A stretch of DNA of 64,000 nt. Origin: Candidatus Eiseniibacteriota bacterium (GTDB lineage: Bacteria > Eisenbacteria > RBG-16-71-46 > CAVPCR01). The position numbers and the translations under genes were made by a program. Below, piece by piece: positions 50,242 through 64,000 of the stretch (its first letter is position 1; every line of letters begins with the position of its first letter). The stretch is from contig CAWGMA010000001.1 of NCBI GenBank assembly GCA_963823555.1, forward strand, positions 2,080,001 through 2,144,000, written 5' to 3'. The notes beneath the pieces were generated by a model. It worked only from the letters and a program-made list of their open reading frames with translations. It was not told where the DNA came from and searched no databases.

Positions 50242-51846
50242 ATGGCCCGAGGATACCTCTCGCTCATCCTGCATGCCCACCTGCCGTACGTGCGGCATCC
50301 GGAACACGAGGACTTTCTGGAGGAGCACTGGCTCTTCGAGGCGATCACCGAGACCTACATCCCGCTCATCCAGGTCTTCGAGAAGCTCAACGAGGATGAG
50401 GTGCCGTACCGTGTCGCCATGTCGGTCAGCCCCTCCCTCGTCAACATGCTCGCCGACCCGATGCTCATGCAGCGCTACGAGCGCCGGCTGGAGCAGCTCT
50501 GCGAGCTCGCGGCGCGGGAAGTGGAGCGCACGCGATGGATGCCCGAGTTCCACCGTCTGGCGCTCCATTACCACTGGCTGTTCCACGGGCGCGGCAGACA
50601 TTCGTGGATCGCCATCGCAAGAACCTGCTCGGCGCGCTCAAGGAGCTCGCCGACTCGGGATCGCTCGAGATCATCACCTGCGGCGCCACCCACGGCTATC
50701 TGCCGCTGATGAATCAGAACCGCCAGGCCATGCGCGCGCAGGTCCAGGTCGCGGTCGCCGAGCACGACGGCACTTCGGGCGGCGTCCGCGCGGCATCTGG
50801 CTCCCCGAGTGCGGCTACGAACCCGGGATCGACGAGCTGCTCGCCGAAGCGGGCATCCGCTACTTCATCGTCGACACCCACGGCGTCCTGCACGCGACAC
50901 CGCGACCGAAGTACGGCGTCTTCGCTCCGATCGTCTGCCCGTCGGGAGTGGCGGCCTTCGGCCGCGACATCGAGTCATCGAAACAGGTGTGGAGCGCGCA
51001 GGAGGGGTACCCGGGCGACTACGTCTACCGCGACTTCTACCGCGACGTCGGCTGCGATCTCGACTACGACTACGTCCGGCCCTATCTACCCGGAGACGGC
51101 AACCGCAACATCACCGGGATCAAGTACTACCGGATCACCGGGCAACACGGACACAAGCAGCTCTACGATCCGGACGTCGCCCTGACCGTGCCGCGGAGCA
51201 TGCCGGCAACTTCATGTTCAATCGCGAGAAGCAGGTCGAGCATCTGCATGGGCTGATGGGGCGAGAGCCGATCATCGTCGCGCCTTACGACGCCGAGCTC
51301 TTCGGCCACTGGTGGTACGAGGGGCCTAGCTTCCTCGACTTCCTGCTGCGCAAGATCGCCTTCGACCAGGACACACTGAAGACGACCACTCCGCGCGAGT
51401 ACCTGGACCGGCTGCCGCGCAACCAGCGGGCCACCCCGTCCGCATCGAGCTGGGGCTACAAGGGCTTTCACGAAGTATGGCTCAACGGCACCAACGACTG
51501 GGTCTATCCTCACCTGCACAAGGCGGCGGAGCGGATGATCCAGCTCGCCGAGCGCTTTCATTATCTCGGCGGCCAGCACGGTGTCGGCGTGCCTCCCCTG
51601 CGCGTTCGCGCCCTCAACCAGGCGGCGCGGGAGCTCTTGCTCGCGCAGCACTCCGACTGGGCCTTCATCATGAAGACGGGGACGATGGTGGACTACGCCC
51701 ACCGCCGCACCTGGACCCATCTGAGCCGCTTCAACCGGTTGTTCGACGACCTGGAGAATGATCGCCTCGATCCCTCGTGGCTCGAGGCCGTGGAATGGCG
51801 GGACAACATCTTCCCGCATCTCGATTATCGCGTCTTCTGCCACTAG
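50242..51846 (+). CDS. GH57 1,4-alpha-glucan branching enzyme (DUF1957), three apparent frameshifts
   Basis: HAHLPYVRH, ETYIPL, ATHGYLP, GIWLPEC (nucleophile), PYDAELFGHWWYEG, ARELLLAQHSDW; frame changes near 50590, 50765 and 51185. Confidence 0.9.
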
Positions 51847-51906
51847 GCCGGTGACCGGACCGGGGGCCTGGGCCCAGCCAGGGATCGCGCCCTCCCCAGC
51901 GGAGCA

Positions 51907-53628
51907 TTGAGCCGCCCTTTTCCGTCTGCCATGATGGATGGGACGGGATCGGCGATGGGGCCGGCCCCGGAGCCCCTCCTCACCATGAATCGACTCCTGC
52001 GACTCGTTCCCCTGGGCCGTCATCTAGACCGTCGAGCGCTGCACGTCGGCGTCGAGGTCTTGTTCTGGGCCGCGCTCGCCGCCGCCTACGAGATCCTCGG
52101 TCGCCGTTCCACGAGCGATTGGTTGGACCTGCTCGCGGGCGCCGCGCTCCTTGCCCTGGCCGTCACCACCGCCGGCCCACCGCTCCGCTTCGCGGCGCCG
52201 CGGGTCGCCATCCGTCTGGCGCGGCAGGCAGGGGCGGCGCTCGAGCACCTGTTCGACGCCCACTACGGGGCGGACTTCCATCCCGAGCGTGAACCGCGCC
52301 TTCCCCGTCTCGGACGCTACCGGGCGGTGATCGTGGTGCTCGGAACCATCGATATCGCCCTCGGAGGTGCCCTCCTCACCCTCGGATCGCCGCTCCTGGC
52401 GCTCGAGCAGACCTCCTACCTCGCCTACCTGCTCGCGGCTCTCGTCGTCTGGATCGGAATCACCGTCACCCTCACATCGCTCCTGCTCACCCTGCTGCAG
52501 CAGCTGCGCCTGGCCCCGAGTCGCAGGCACCACCCCCTCGGGCGGCGCCGCGTCCTCCTCGTCCTCGCCAGCCTCGGCGTGGCCATCGCCCTCATGATGC
52601 AACTCGATGCCCTCATCGGGGCCCAGGGCTGGCTGGCGGCGATGGGCTTGAGCTTGATCCTGCTCCTTCCTCCCCGTTTCGGCCCCCGTGTCGAGTTCCA
52701 GCTCAACCTGCGCGCCCCCGACACCCGATCCCCCCAACGCCTGGAAGCGACGACGGTCGAGGAGATGGTGCGCTCGTTTCTCGCGGTGCTGGTCCTCTCA
52801 GCGCTGGCCCTGGCGCTGGCCATCCAGGGCCACCGGTTGCCGTTCGCCATGGCAGCACCGGAGATGGCCACGCGCATGGCGATCACGCACTACGCAGGCC
52901 GCGTCGTGGCCTGGGTGTTCGGATTCGGCGCTCTCGCTGGAGTCGGCCTCTACCTGTTCGAGTTCACCGTGCGCCGCTGGCGCTCCGACCCGGCATTCCC
53001 GGGTTCGGTGGCGACGGATCGGGACCTGGTCATCTCCCTCGTCCAGACCAATCTCGCCCTCGCCCGTGCCGGGCGCCGCGACCGCGGGGAGGGCTTCCTC
53101 TATGCGCCGCACTGGTGGCCATCGGATCGGATGTATCGCGACGCGTGGCATGAAGACGACTTGAGCGAAGGCTCTTCCGGTCCGGACTTCCATCATCACT
53201 ATGGGCAACCCGCCCGCCGGCTGCTGCGGCAGGTCTTGCGCTCGCTCTCGATCGATCTCATCTACATCGAGGATGGAGTCCCGTCCAACCGCATGGGAGA
53301 TGTGATGCGGCTGCTCTTCAGGCACTTCGACGCGACGGCAGGCCGTGCCGCACCGGAGCGCGTGCTCGAGGAACGCCATCTCGCCTCGCCGCCCGGGGTG
53401 CATCTCGCCCTCCAGGAGATCGAGATCGACGCGCCGCAGCGCAAGATCGAGGAGGGATACAAGGAGCCGTCCTACGAGTCCCTGTCGCGGGCTCGACTGT
53501 TGCTCGTGCTTCGCGCCCGCGGTGGCGATGAGCCTGATGAGGATCCCTTCGCCTTCACCCGCGAACCCGGATGGGTCGATCGGTTCCTGTCGCGATTGCC
53601 GGTGGGCCCGGCGGCGAGTTCGGTCTGA
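51907..53628 (+). CDS. Hypothetical polytopic membrane protein with soluble C-terminal domain
   Basis: About 8 hydrophobic segments and coding-like codon use; start uncertain (51907-51985). Confidence 0.75.
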   Translation: MSRPFPSAMMDGTGSAMGPAPEPLLTMNRLLRLVPLGRHLDRRALHVGVEVLFWAALAAAYEILGRRSTSDWLDLLAGAALLALAVTTAGPPLRFAAPRVAIRLARQAGAALEHLFDAHYGADFHPEREPRLPRLGRYRAVIVVLGTIDIALGGALLTLGSPLLALEQTSYLAYLLAALVVWIGITVTLTSLLLTLLQQLRLAPSRRHHPLGRRRVLLVLASLGVAIALMMQLDALIGAQGWLAAMGLSLILLLPPRFGPRVEFQLNLRAPDTRSPQRLEATTVEEMVRSFLAVLVLSALALALAIQGHRLPFAMAAPEMATRMAITHYAGRVVAWVFGFGALAGVGLYLFEFTVRRWRSDPAFPGSVATDRDLVISLVQTNLALARAGRRDRGEGFLYAPHWWPSDRMYRDAWHEDDLSEGSSGPDFHHHYGQPARRLLRQVLRSLSIDLIYIEDGVPSNRMGDVMRLLFRHFDATAGRAAPERVLEERHLASPPGVHLALQEIEIDAPQRKIEEGYKEPSYESLSRARLLLVLRARGGDEPDEDPFAFTREPGWVDRFLSRLPVGPAASSV

Positions 53629-53725
53629 CCACGCCTGACGCCGAGCGCCGAGCGCCGGGAGAATCCGCGGCGAACCGCAAGATTCAAGTGCACGCTTCGA
53701 CCGGAAGCCGGGGCCGGCGCCCCGT

Positions 53726-55606
53726 CTAGAGCACGTCGCCGCGGGCCCCCGCGGCCCCATCCCCGGCGCCCTCAGCCCCTGCGCCGCCCGCACCGCCCGC
53801 GCCGATCGCGAAGCGGAGTCCGTTCAGCGTGGGTGCCGAATCCCCCGCCCGATAGATGCCGCAGGCCACGCCGCCGCCGCCGCCGCCGCCCCCACCACCA
53901 GCGCCCCCACCACCACCTGGGCCGCCGGCTCCGCCGGCCGCGCTCGGCGGCGACCCCGAACCGCCGGATCCACCTCCGCCACCGCTCCCAGCGTTCCCAC
54001 CGATCCCACCCCGCCCCCCATCGCCACCACCAGCCGCCGTGAGGGCGCACGCTTCGACGAGCGGCGAACTATCCACCAGGAGGAGCGCGATCGAGCCTCC
54101 CCCTCCCTGGCCGCCCCTGCCGCCGGCACCGCCGCAACCTCCGGCCCCACCGCCCCCGCCCGCCCCGCCATAGAGCGGGCACCCGCCGGCGATCGCGCCG
54201 CCGCCCCCACCGCCCCCGCCACCGCTCGTCCCGTGAGCCCCGGTTTCGCCGTCGACCCCGGGCTCCCCGCGCCACAGTCCGTCCCCACCGATCACGCCCG
54301 TCGCGCCCCCGCCCGCGCCCCCTGAGCCTCCGGCCCCATCGGCGCCTGGACCACCCGCCAGACCGGGTTGACCGAAATCGCCACCCGCTCCGCCCGACCC
54401 ACCGCCGGGCACAGCCACTCCTGCCTCGCCGGGAAGCGCGCCATACCCTGGCCCACCACCACGGCCGCCGTCCGTGCAGAGACCCTGCCCGCCAAGCCCG
54501 TAGTCCGGCACGGCACAGGCATCACAGGGTGAAACCCCACCCTCGCAACCGGGGAGACCGGCATCGCCCGCCGGACCGGCCGCTCCCACCGCACCGGGCG
54601 CCCCTTCGTCTCCCGCCGCCCCGGCGGCCGCCACGAGGTCGAGATGGCGGAGGTGAAGCGAATCGGCCGCCCGCGCCAGCAAGGCCACGGCGCTCTCGCC
54701 CACCAGGACGGGAGTTTCTGCGGTAAGGCGCAGATTTTCTATCCAGGCCCCGCGATCGATGGACTCAGCGCGCAGGACGACCTGGGTGGCCACCACTTCC
54801 GAGCGCGTGGATGGATCGAGGAGGTCCCGCATCCAGTCGTCGCGATCGTAACCACCATAGAGGCTGACACCGCGCGGCAGGACCAGGGTCTCCGCGTACG
54901 TACCGCGGGCCACGATCACCGCCTCCTTGCCACCGCCGGCGGCGCGCTGGAGGGCCGCCCCGATCGAGCGCAGGGGCTCCTCCTGAGTACCGGGGGCATC
55001 GTCATCGCCATCCGGAGCAACGAAGACGCTCCGCGCCACGTCGCCGTCGAAGCCGTCGCAATTGGAGTCGATGCCGTCGTCATCGGGGCGGTCGAGTGCA
55101 CCGGGGTTGATGTTCGGATTCGCGTCATCGCAGTCGCCGTCATCGGGCGCGTAGCCATCCTGATCGCCGTCGAGGGGGTCGATGCCGGTCGTGAACTCGA
55201 TGCGCGTCGAATCCACCGTGGCGTTTCCTGCCAGATCGCGGATACCGGCTCGGACCACGGCGACATGCATGGCCTCCGCCGTCAGGTGCAAGGCCGGCGT
55301 GAAGACGATGGCGCGGGTCGCGGCGCGGTAGCTCACGGCGCCCGGAACCGCCCCTCTCTCGTCCCGGACCACGAGCGAGGTGGAGTCCACGCTCGCAGGA
55401 TCGAGGTCCTCGTTGAAGACGACGCTCACGTCGGAGCGGGGAATGACCGAGCTGGCCCCGTCCTCCGGGACCGTGGAGACGATGCCGGGAGGGGTCGTGT
55501 CGGGTGCGGTGCCGTCGTCCCCGCAACCTGCGGCGAGGGCGAGCCCGGCGGCAAGCAGCGCCGCCGCGCTGGCTCGACGGGATCGGGGTGGCTGATCGAA
55601 TGCCAT
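53726..55606 (-). CDS. Surface lipoprotein: Ig-like (Big_5) domain, DxDGDG/CDD metal-binding motif, DUF1565-like domain and Gly-rich tail
   Basis: Lipobox LAAGC; VVFNEDLDPASV; DGDQDGY..DCDD..INPGA..DGIDSNCDG; GDDDAPGT..PLRSI; GGAGG repeats. Confidence 0.8.
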   Translation of the reverse strand: MAFDQPPRSRRASAAALLAAGLALAAGCGDDGTAPDTTPPGIVSTVPEDGASSVIPRSDVSVVFNEDLDPASVDSTSLVVRDERGAVPGAVSYRAATRAIVFTPALHLTAEAMHVAVVRAGIRDLAGNATVDSTRIEFTTGIDPLDGDQDGYAPDDGDCDDANPNINPGALDRPDDDGIDSNCDGFDGDVARSVFVAPDGDDDAPGTQEEPLRSIGAALQRAAGGGKEAVIVARGTYAETLVLPRGVSLYGGYDRDDWMRDLLDPSTRSEVVATQVVLRAESIDRGAWIENLRLTAETPVLVGESAVALLARAADSLHLRHLDLVAAAGAAGDEGAPGAVGAAGPAGDAGLPGCEGGVSPCDACAVPDYGLGGQGLCTDGGRGGGPGYGALPGEAGVAVPGGGSGGAGGDFGQPGLAGGPGADGAGGSGGAGGGATGVIGGDGLWRGEPGVDGETGAHGTSGGGGGGGGGAIAGGCPLYGGAGGGGGAGGCGGAGGRGGQGGGGSIALLLVDSSPLVEACALTAAGGGDGGRGGIGGNAGSGGGGGSGGSGSPPSAAGGAGGPGGGGGAGGGGGGGGGGVACGIYRAGDSAPTLNGLRFAIGAGGAGGAGAEGAGDGAAGARGDVL

Positions 55607-55778
55607 GACGTGTCGCGACAACCGGACCTCCAGGATTCTGATGGCGTTCTGGCTCGGCCGCGCCGTTCGGCAACCTCTCCTCACCCGCCAAGCCTCCGGC
55701 ACAACCAGCCCGCGGCTATTCTATACTCGCTTCCCGACTCGCGGCGGCCGGAAGTCCCGGACTCACGAGCGGCGGCTC

Positions 55779-57800
55779 ATGAACCTTTCCTCTCGATCCC
55801 AGCGAACCCCGGTGCGGCCCGAGACGCCTCGCCCTGCGCTCGCCGGCGCCCGAGGATTCCCTCCTGGACTGGGTGCCGTGGCCGCGGTCCCGGTCGCAGC
55901 GGCCCTTCTCATCTACGCGTTGACCCTTTGCCGCACGGTCTACTTCGGAGATTCGGCCGAGCTGGCTGCAGCCGGGACCGTACTCGGCATCGCCCACCCC
56001 CCGGGCTACCCCCTCTATCTGCTCCTGACTCGACTTCTGGCCGTCGCCCTGCCCGGCGAACCGGCGCTCGCGGCGAACGTGCTCTCGGCGCTCGCGGCCG
56101 CCCTTGCCGCCGGGGCCTCGGCCCTCCTCGCCCGCCTGCTCGGGGCGCAACCCCCGGCAGCCATCGCCGCCGGTCTCCTCGTCGCCGGCTCCCGCATCAT
56201 CTGGTCCACGGCCGTGGTGGCCGAGGTCTACACGCTCAACGCCTTCCTGGCCACGAGCCTCCTGGCCGCGCTGGCCACCGACGAGTATCGACCGCGGGGC
56301 GACCTCCGCGCGCTCCTGCTCGCTGTCTATCTCTTCGCTCTGGGCCTTGCGCATCACCTCACGATCGTCCATCTCGCCATGCCCGTGCTGATCTTGCTCG
56401 TCGCGCGGCGCCGCCTGCCGCTCACCGCCATCCCGGCCGCGCTTGGCCTGGGCATCCTCGCGCTCAGCCTCTACATGGTCCTGCTCGTGCGTTCGCGATT
56501 CGACCCCCCGCTCGACTGGGGCAACCCCGAGACCCTGGCGCGACTCATCGACCACGTGAGCGCCCGCCAGTATCAGTTCCTGATGGGCAAGATGCGCGGG
56601 CCGGATGCGCTGGCGCGCCTCGGGGACATCGCCACCCTCCTCCTGCGCGATCTCGGGCTGTGGCTCATGCCCGCCCTCGTGCTCGGCGTGATCGCCCTCG
56701 CCCGCAGGCCGGCCTGGCTCGCGGCCCTCGCCCTCGTCGTGATCACCCTCACGGCTCATGCCCTGGCCTACGGCATTCCCGACTACTGGGGACACCTCGT
56801 ACCGGCCGCCGTCGTGCTTGCGGTCATGACCGCTCTGGGCCTCGATGTCGCGGCGCGCCGCCTGCCACGGGCCGCCCGCTGGCTCGTGCTCGTCGCCGGG
56901 CTCGTGCCACTCCTCCTGCACTTCGGCGCCGCCGATCGGAGCGCGCACCGCTCGGCGCGCGAGTTCGGGGAGAACCTGCTCGCGGCCCTGCCACCGGGCA
57001 GCACGCTCTTTGCCGAGGGCGACAACCAGATGTTCCTCCTCGCCTATCTGACCGCGGCCTGCGGCGAACGGCCGGACATGACGATCATCGACCGCGACAG
57101 CAACTTGCTCGGCGACTTCTATGGGTTTCGTGGCGAATCGGGGCCGCTCCCGGCCGCTCCACCGCAACTTGACAAGCTGGCGACCGAGGTGAGAGAGCTC
57201 ACCGCCTGGTTTGCCGCTGATCCCGGCCGTCCCGTCTATTCTTCGGCGCGCACGAATCTCCCCGCAGCCGGCCCCTTCACCCAGGAAGTGGTCGGGCTCG
57301 TATTCAGGATTCGCCCGGGCCCGGCGTCCACGGATAGCGCCGCCGCCACCGCCGCCCGCGCGGCCGCCGACCGATCCGCCTGGTCTGTGATCCGCACCGA
57401 GGCCATTCGCCGTGATGCGGTGCACGGCGACGCCCTGACCCGGGAGGTCGCAGCCCGTTACTGGGTGCGCCGCGGAGAGGCCGCCTTCGAGCGTGTCGAT
57501 CCGGCGGCGATGGCGGCCGCGTTCGATTCGGCGCTCGCCCTGGCTCCCGACAACGCCGACCTGCACTCCTACCTGGGCGCCTTCTACGGCCAGAACGACC
57601 GTCTCCCCGAGGCCATCCCGCTCCTCCGGCGCGCCGTCCATCTCGACCCGCTCTCGACCCGAGGCTGGACCAACCTGGGCCTGGCCCTCGCCAAGGCCGG
57701 ACGCCGGGAGGAGGCGATCCTGGCCCTCGAGGAGAGTCTTCGCATCCAGCCCGGACAGGATGCGATCACCCATCTCCTGGCCCAGCTCCGCCGGCGCTGA
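55779..57800 (+). CDS. DUF2723 / TMEM260-like GT-C membrane protein with C-terminal TPRs
   Basis: GDSAEL, GIAHPPGYPLY, AEVY, DWGNP, EGDN; TPRs (WTNLG). Confidence 0.88.
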   Translation: MNLSSRSQRTPVRPETPRPALAGARGFPPGLGAVAAVPVAAALLIYALTLCRTVYFGDSAELAAAGTVLGIAHPPGYPLYLLLTRLLAVALPGEPALAANVLSALAAALAAGASALLARLLGAQPPAAIAAGLLVAGSRIIWSTAVVAEVYTLNAFLATSLLAALATDEYRPRGDLRALLLAVYLFALGLAHHLTIVHLAMPVLILLVARRRLPLTAIPAALGLGILALSLYMVLLVRSRFDPPLDWGNPETLARLIDHVSARQYQFLMGKMRGPDALARLGDIATLLLRDLGLWLMPALVLGVIALARRPAWLAALALVVITLTAHALAYGIPDYWGHLVPAAVVLAVMTALGLDVAARRLPRAARWLVLVAGLVPLLLHFGAADRSAHRSAREFGENLLAALPPGSTLFAEGDNQMFLLAYLTAACGERPDMTIIDRDSNLLGDFYGFRGESGPLPAAPPQLDKLATEVRELTAWFAADPGRPVYSSARTNLPAAGPFTQEVVGLVFRIRPGPASTDSAAATAARAAADRSAWSVIRTEAIRRDAVHGDALTREVAARYWVRRGEAAFERVDPAAMAAAFDSALALAPDNADLHSYLGAFYGQNDRLPEAIPLLRRAVHLDPLSTRGWTNLGLALAKAGRREEAILALEESLRIQPGQDAITHLLAQLRRR

Positions 57801-57880
57801 CGGGGCAGGCCGCCGCGGGCATCCGGGGGTGCCGCTCGGGGCCCGATCCGCGATAATGGGACGACTCGCGGAGAGCTCTC

Positions 57881-60679
<2,799 letters not shown>

Positions 60680-60784
60680 CCGGGCTCGACATCGAGCCCC
60701 GGGCCGGATCGTGCCGGCGCCACACGGAGGCTAACGCGGCCGGCTGTGCCCGTCAATTGCGGCTCCCATGCTATCCTCCCGCCC

Positions 60785-61474
60785 ATGACGCGGAGCTTCA
60801 CGGTCCAGGGACAGGCGGGCGAGATCCAGGCCGGCACCATCATCGCGGTCGGGCGCAACTATCGGGAGCATGCGCGGGAGATGGGGGCCTCGGGCGAGGA
60901 ACCGCCCCTTCTCTTCCTCAAACCGGCGAGCGCCCTGGTTGCTGACGGGGGCATCATCCGCCGGCCCGCCTTCTCCATCAGCATGCACCACGAGGTTGAG
61001 ATCGTGGTCGCCATCAGTCGCGGGGGCCGGCACATCCCCGAGCCGGTCGCCCTCGAGCACGTCCTCGGCTATGGCGTCGGTCTCGACATGACGCTGCGCG
61101 ACGTGCAATCGGAGGCCAAGCGACGCGGGCACCCCTGGGCGGTGGCCAAGGGGTTCGATACGTCGGCCCCGCTCTCGGAGATCGTTCCCGCTGCGACCGC
61201 CAGCCCTCCCGATGACCTCGCCCTCGAGCTCAAGGTGAACGGCGAGATCCGCCAGCAAGGCTTCGCGCGCGACATGATCCTCGGGATCCCGGCTCTCATC
61301 GCCTTCGTCTCCGGCATCTTCACCCTCGAGCGCGGAGATCTCATCTTCACGGGGACGCCCGCAGGGGTGGGCGAGGTCTTTCCCGGAGACGTGCTCGAAG
61401 CGAGCTTGATCGGCCACACGCAACTCTGCGTCACCGTGGCCGACGAGAGAGAGGGACCCGCCGGCTCGGCTTGA
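60785..61474 (+). CDS. Fumarylacetoacetate hydrolase family protein
   Basis: VGRNYREH, FLKP, HHEVE, LDMTLRD, AKGFDT, GDLIFTGTPAGVG. Confidence 0.92.
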   Translation: MTRSFTVQGQAGEIQAGTIIAVGRNYREHAREMGASGEEPPLLFLKPASALVADGGIIRRPAFSISMHHEVEIVVAISRGGRHIPEPVALEHVLGYGVGLDMTLRDVQSEAKRRGHPWAVAKGFDTSAPLSEIVPAATASPPDDLALELKVNGEIRQQGFARDMILGIPALIAFVSGIFTLERGDLIFTGTPAGVGEVFPGDVLEASLIGHTQLCVTVADEREGPAGSA

Positions 61475-61584
61475 TCGACTTGCCGCAGGCGCCGTCTGCT
61501 TAGTCCTCGAGTTTTCCTCGGAAATCCTGGAGAGCCCCGACTCTGGGCGCTGCGCCAGCGAGACCGTCCCGCGAGGATCCCGCC

Positions 61585-62739
<1,155 letters not shown>

Positions 62740-62877
62740 TACAATAGTTTACAACATAAACCTAGACTCCTGCATGAAGGGCTTTGCAGGCGTCGCCGAT
62801 TCTTGTAGTGTCCCCGTCGCTACGAGCCGGCCCCGGTGCCCCAGGGCAATCCGCATCCGATGTTCGGAGGAGGAGAC

Positions 62878-63521
62878 ATGCGCTGGACCACCGCCACCGG
62901 GGCCCTGGGAATCATCCTGGCCCTGGCGCTCGTCGGCCTGCCTGCCGCCCGGCGCCTCGGACCGCCCGAGACCGTCGTTCCCGGAAAACCGGTAGCCCCC
63001 TTCTTCCTCCAGGACGCGACCGGTCGTTCCCTCGACCTCTCCGAGCTCGCGCCACAGGGATCGTCCGCCCTGGTCCTCGTCTACTGGTCACCCCGGTGCC
63101 CGATATCGCGGGGCTATGAAGCTCGACTCGGCGACCTGGCCATGGCGACGGCCGAGCGCGGTGTCCGCTGGTATGCCGTGGTGGCGGATGCCGAGGTGCC
63201 CGAGGCGGAACTGAGCGCAACCACCGGGCCGGGGGACTCACGCTCCCGCTGCTCCGCGACCGTCGGGCTACCGCGGCCCGCCGCCTGGGGGTCACCTCCA
63301 CGCCACAGGCGATCGTTATCGATGGCGAAGGCAAACTGGCCTACTCTGGCGCCATCGACTCGAACCTGTTCGGCGACGGGTCGAGCCGCACGCCGTATCT
63401 CGCCGCCGCGGTCGAGGCGGTTCTGGCTGGCAACACACCCGTTCCGGCCCTCACGCGGAGCTTCGGAACCTCGATCGAGAGACCCGGCCCCGGGCTGGCG
63501 CGACTCGGACCCGGCTTGTAG
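62878..63521 (+). CDS. Redoxin/thioredoxin-fold exported protein, one frameshift near 63215
   Basis: GGAGGAG SD; APFFLQD, WSPRCPIS; alternate frame continues LPLLRD..AARRLGVTSTPQAIVID..LAYSGAID..YLAAAVEAVLAG..FGTSI to TAG 63521. Confidence 0.75.
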
Positions 63522-63551
63522 CTCGCCAGCCACACGAGAGGAAAGGACGCC

Positions 63552-64000
63552 ATGACCCCCATCGTTCCGGAGACCATCGAGCACTACCTGAAGAGCCATG
63601 CCCCGCGCCGGGACCGCGTCCTGCTCGAGATGGAGGAACTCGCCGCCCGCGAGCGGGTCCCGATCGTGGGCCCTCTCGTCGGCACCCTGTTTCAGGTGCT
63701 GGGATCGATCCATCGGGCGCGGCGCGTGTTCGAGCTGGGCTCGGCGATCGGTTACTCGACGATCTGGTGGGCACGGGCGGTGGGATCCGCGGGGCGCGTC
63801 TTCTATACCGACGGCGACCCGGAGAAGGCGGCGCGCGCCCAGAAGTACTTCCGGCGGGCCGGGGTCGCCGATCGCATCACGATCCTCGTCGGGGACGCCC
63901 TGACCCACCTCCGGCACACGCCGGGGCAGTTCGACGTCATCTTCAACGATGTCGACAAGTGGGAGTATCCCCGCGTCTGGCGGCAGGCCCTGCCTCGCCT
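63552..64000 (+). CDS. SAM-dependent O-methyltransferase (Methyltransf_3), runs off window end
   Basis: Read by hand: MTPIVPETIEHYL...PIVGP...VFELGSAIGYST...GDAL...FDVIFNDVDKWEY. Confidence 0.9.
   Translation, partial: MTPIVPETIEHYLKSHAPRRDRVLLEMEELAARERVPIVGPLVGTLFQVLGSIHRARRVFELGSAIGYSTIWWARAVGSAGRVFYTDGDPEKAARAQKYFRRAGVADRITILVGDALTHLRHTPGQFDVIFNDVDKWEYPRVWRQALPR

Noticed and set aside
53760..54630. CCG/CCC-rich low-complexity DNA as a non-coding repeat
   Set aside because: Explained by the Gly-rich coding tail on the minus strand.
54644..57773. Long ORFs 54644-57172 (+) and 55716-57773 (-), and similar long antisense ORFs elsewhere
   Set aside because: Shadow frames of well-supported genes, as expected in high-GC DNA.

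Overview
GC-rich bacterial chromosomal segment with about 48 genes, mostly housekeeping and cell-envelope. No tRNA, rRNA, CRISPR array, integrase or transposase was found. Secreted proteins carry either a C-terminal FlgD-Ig/T9SS-like domain (PNPFNP-type) or a short 'AVEPTTWGSLKA' tail; by inference this points to an FCB-related lineage such as Eisenbacteria, Krumholzibacteriota or Latescibacterota. Recognisable loci: pepA, a czcBA-type RND metal efflux unit, korAB, a cobalamin riboswitch with a BtuB-like receptor and beta-propeller lipoprotein, an acyl-CoA synthetase, rlmD, nth, a chorismate lyase / CoA ligase / DAHP synthase cluster, a Lon-like protease, UDG, DUF4912 with a GH57 branching enzyme, DUF2723, moeB, a TPP riboswitch with thiC, and a disrupted glutamate dehydrogenase. 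czcA, the GH57 gene and a redoxin gene contain frameshifts that are probably consensus errors. Main discoveries: (1) an unannotated ~325-nt intergenic multi-hairpin RNA candidate (48004-48328), closed by a perfect 12-bp long-range helix, with a 5' end that falls at the predicted +1 of a sigma54-type promoter; (2) a 65-aa bacterial histone-fold gene; (3) a shared C-terminal TTWGSLK motif on two unrelated secreted proteins; (4) a 43-aa highly basic ORF missing from the ORF track. All calls come from reading the sequence; no searches were run.
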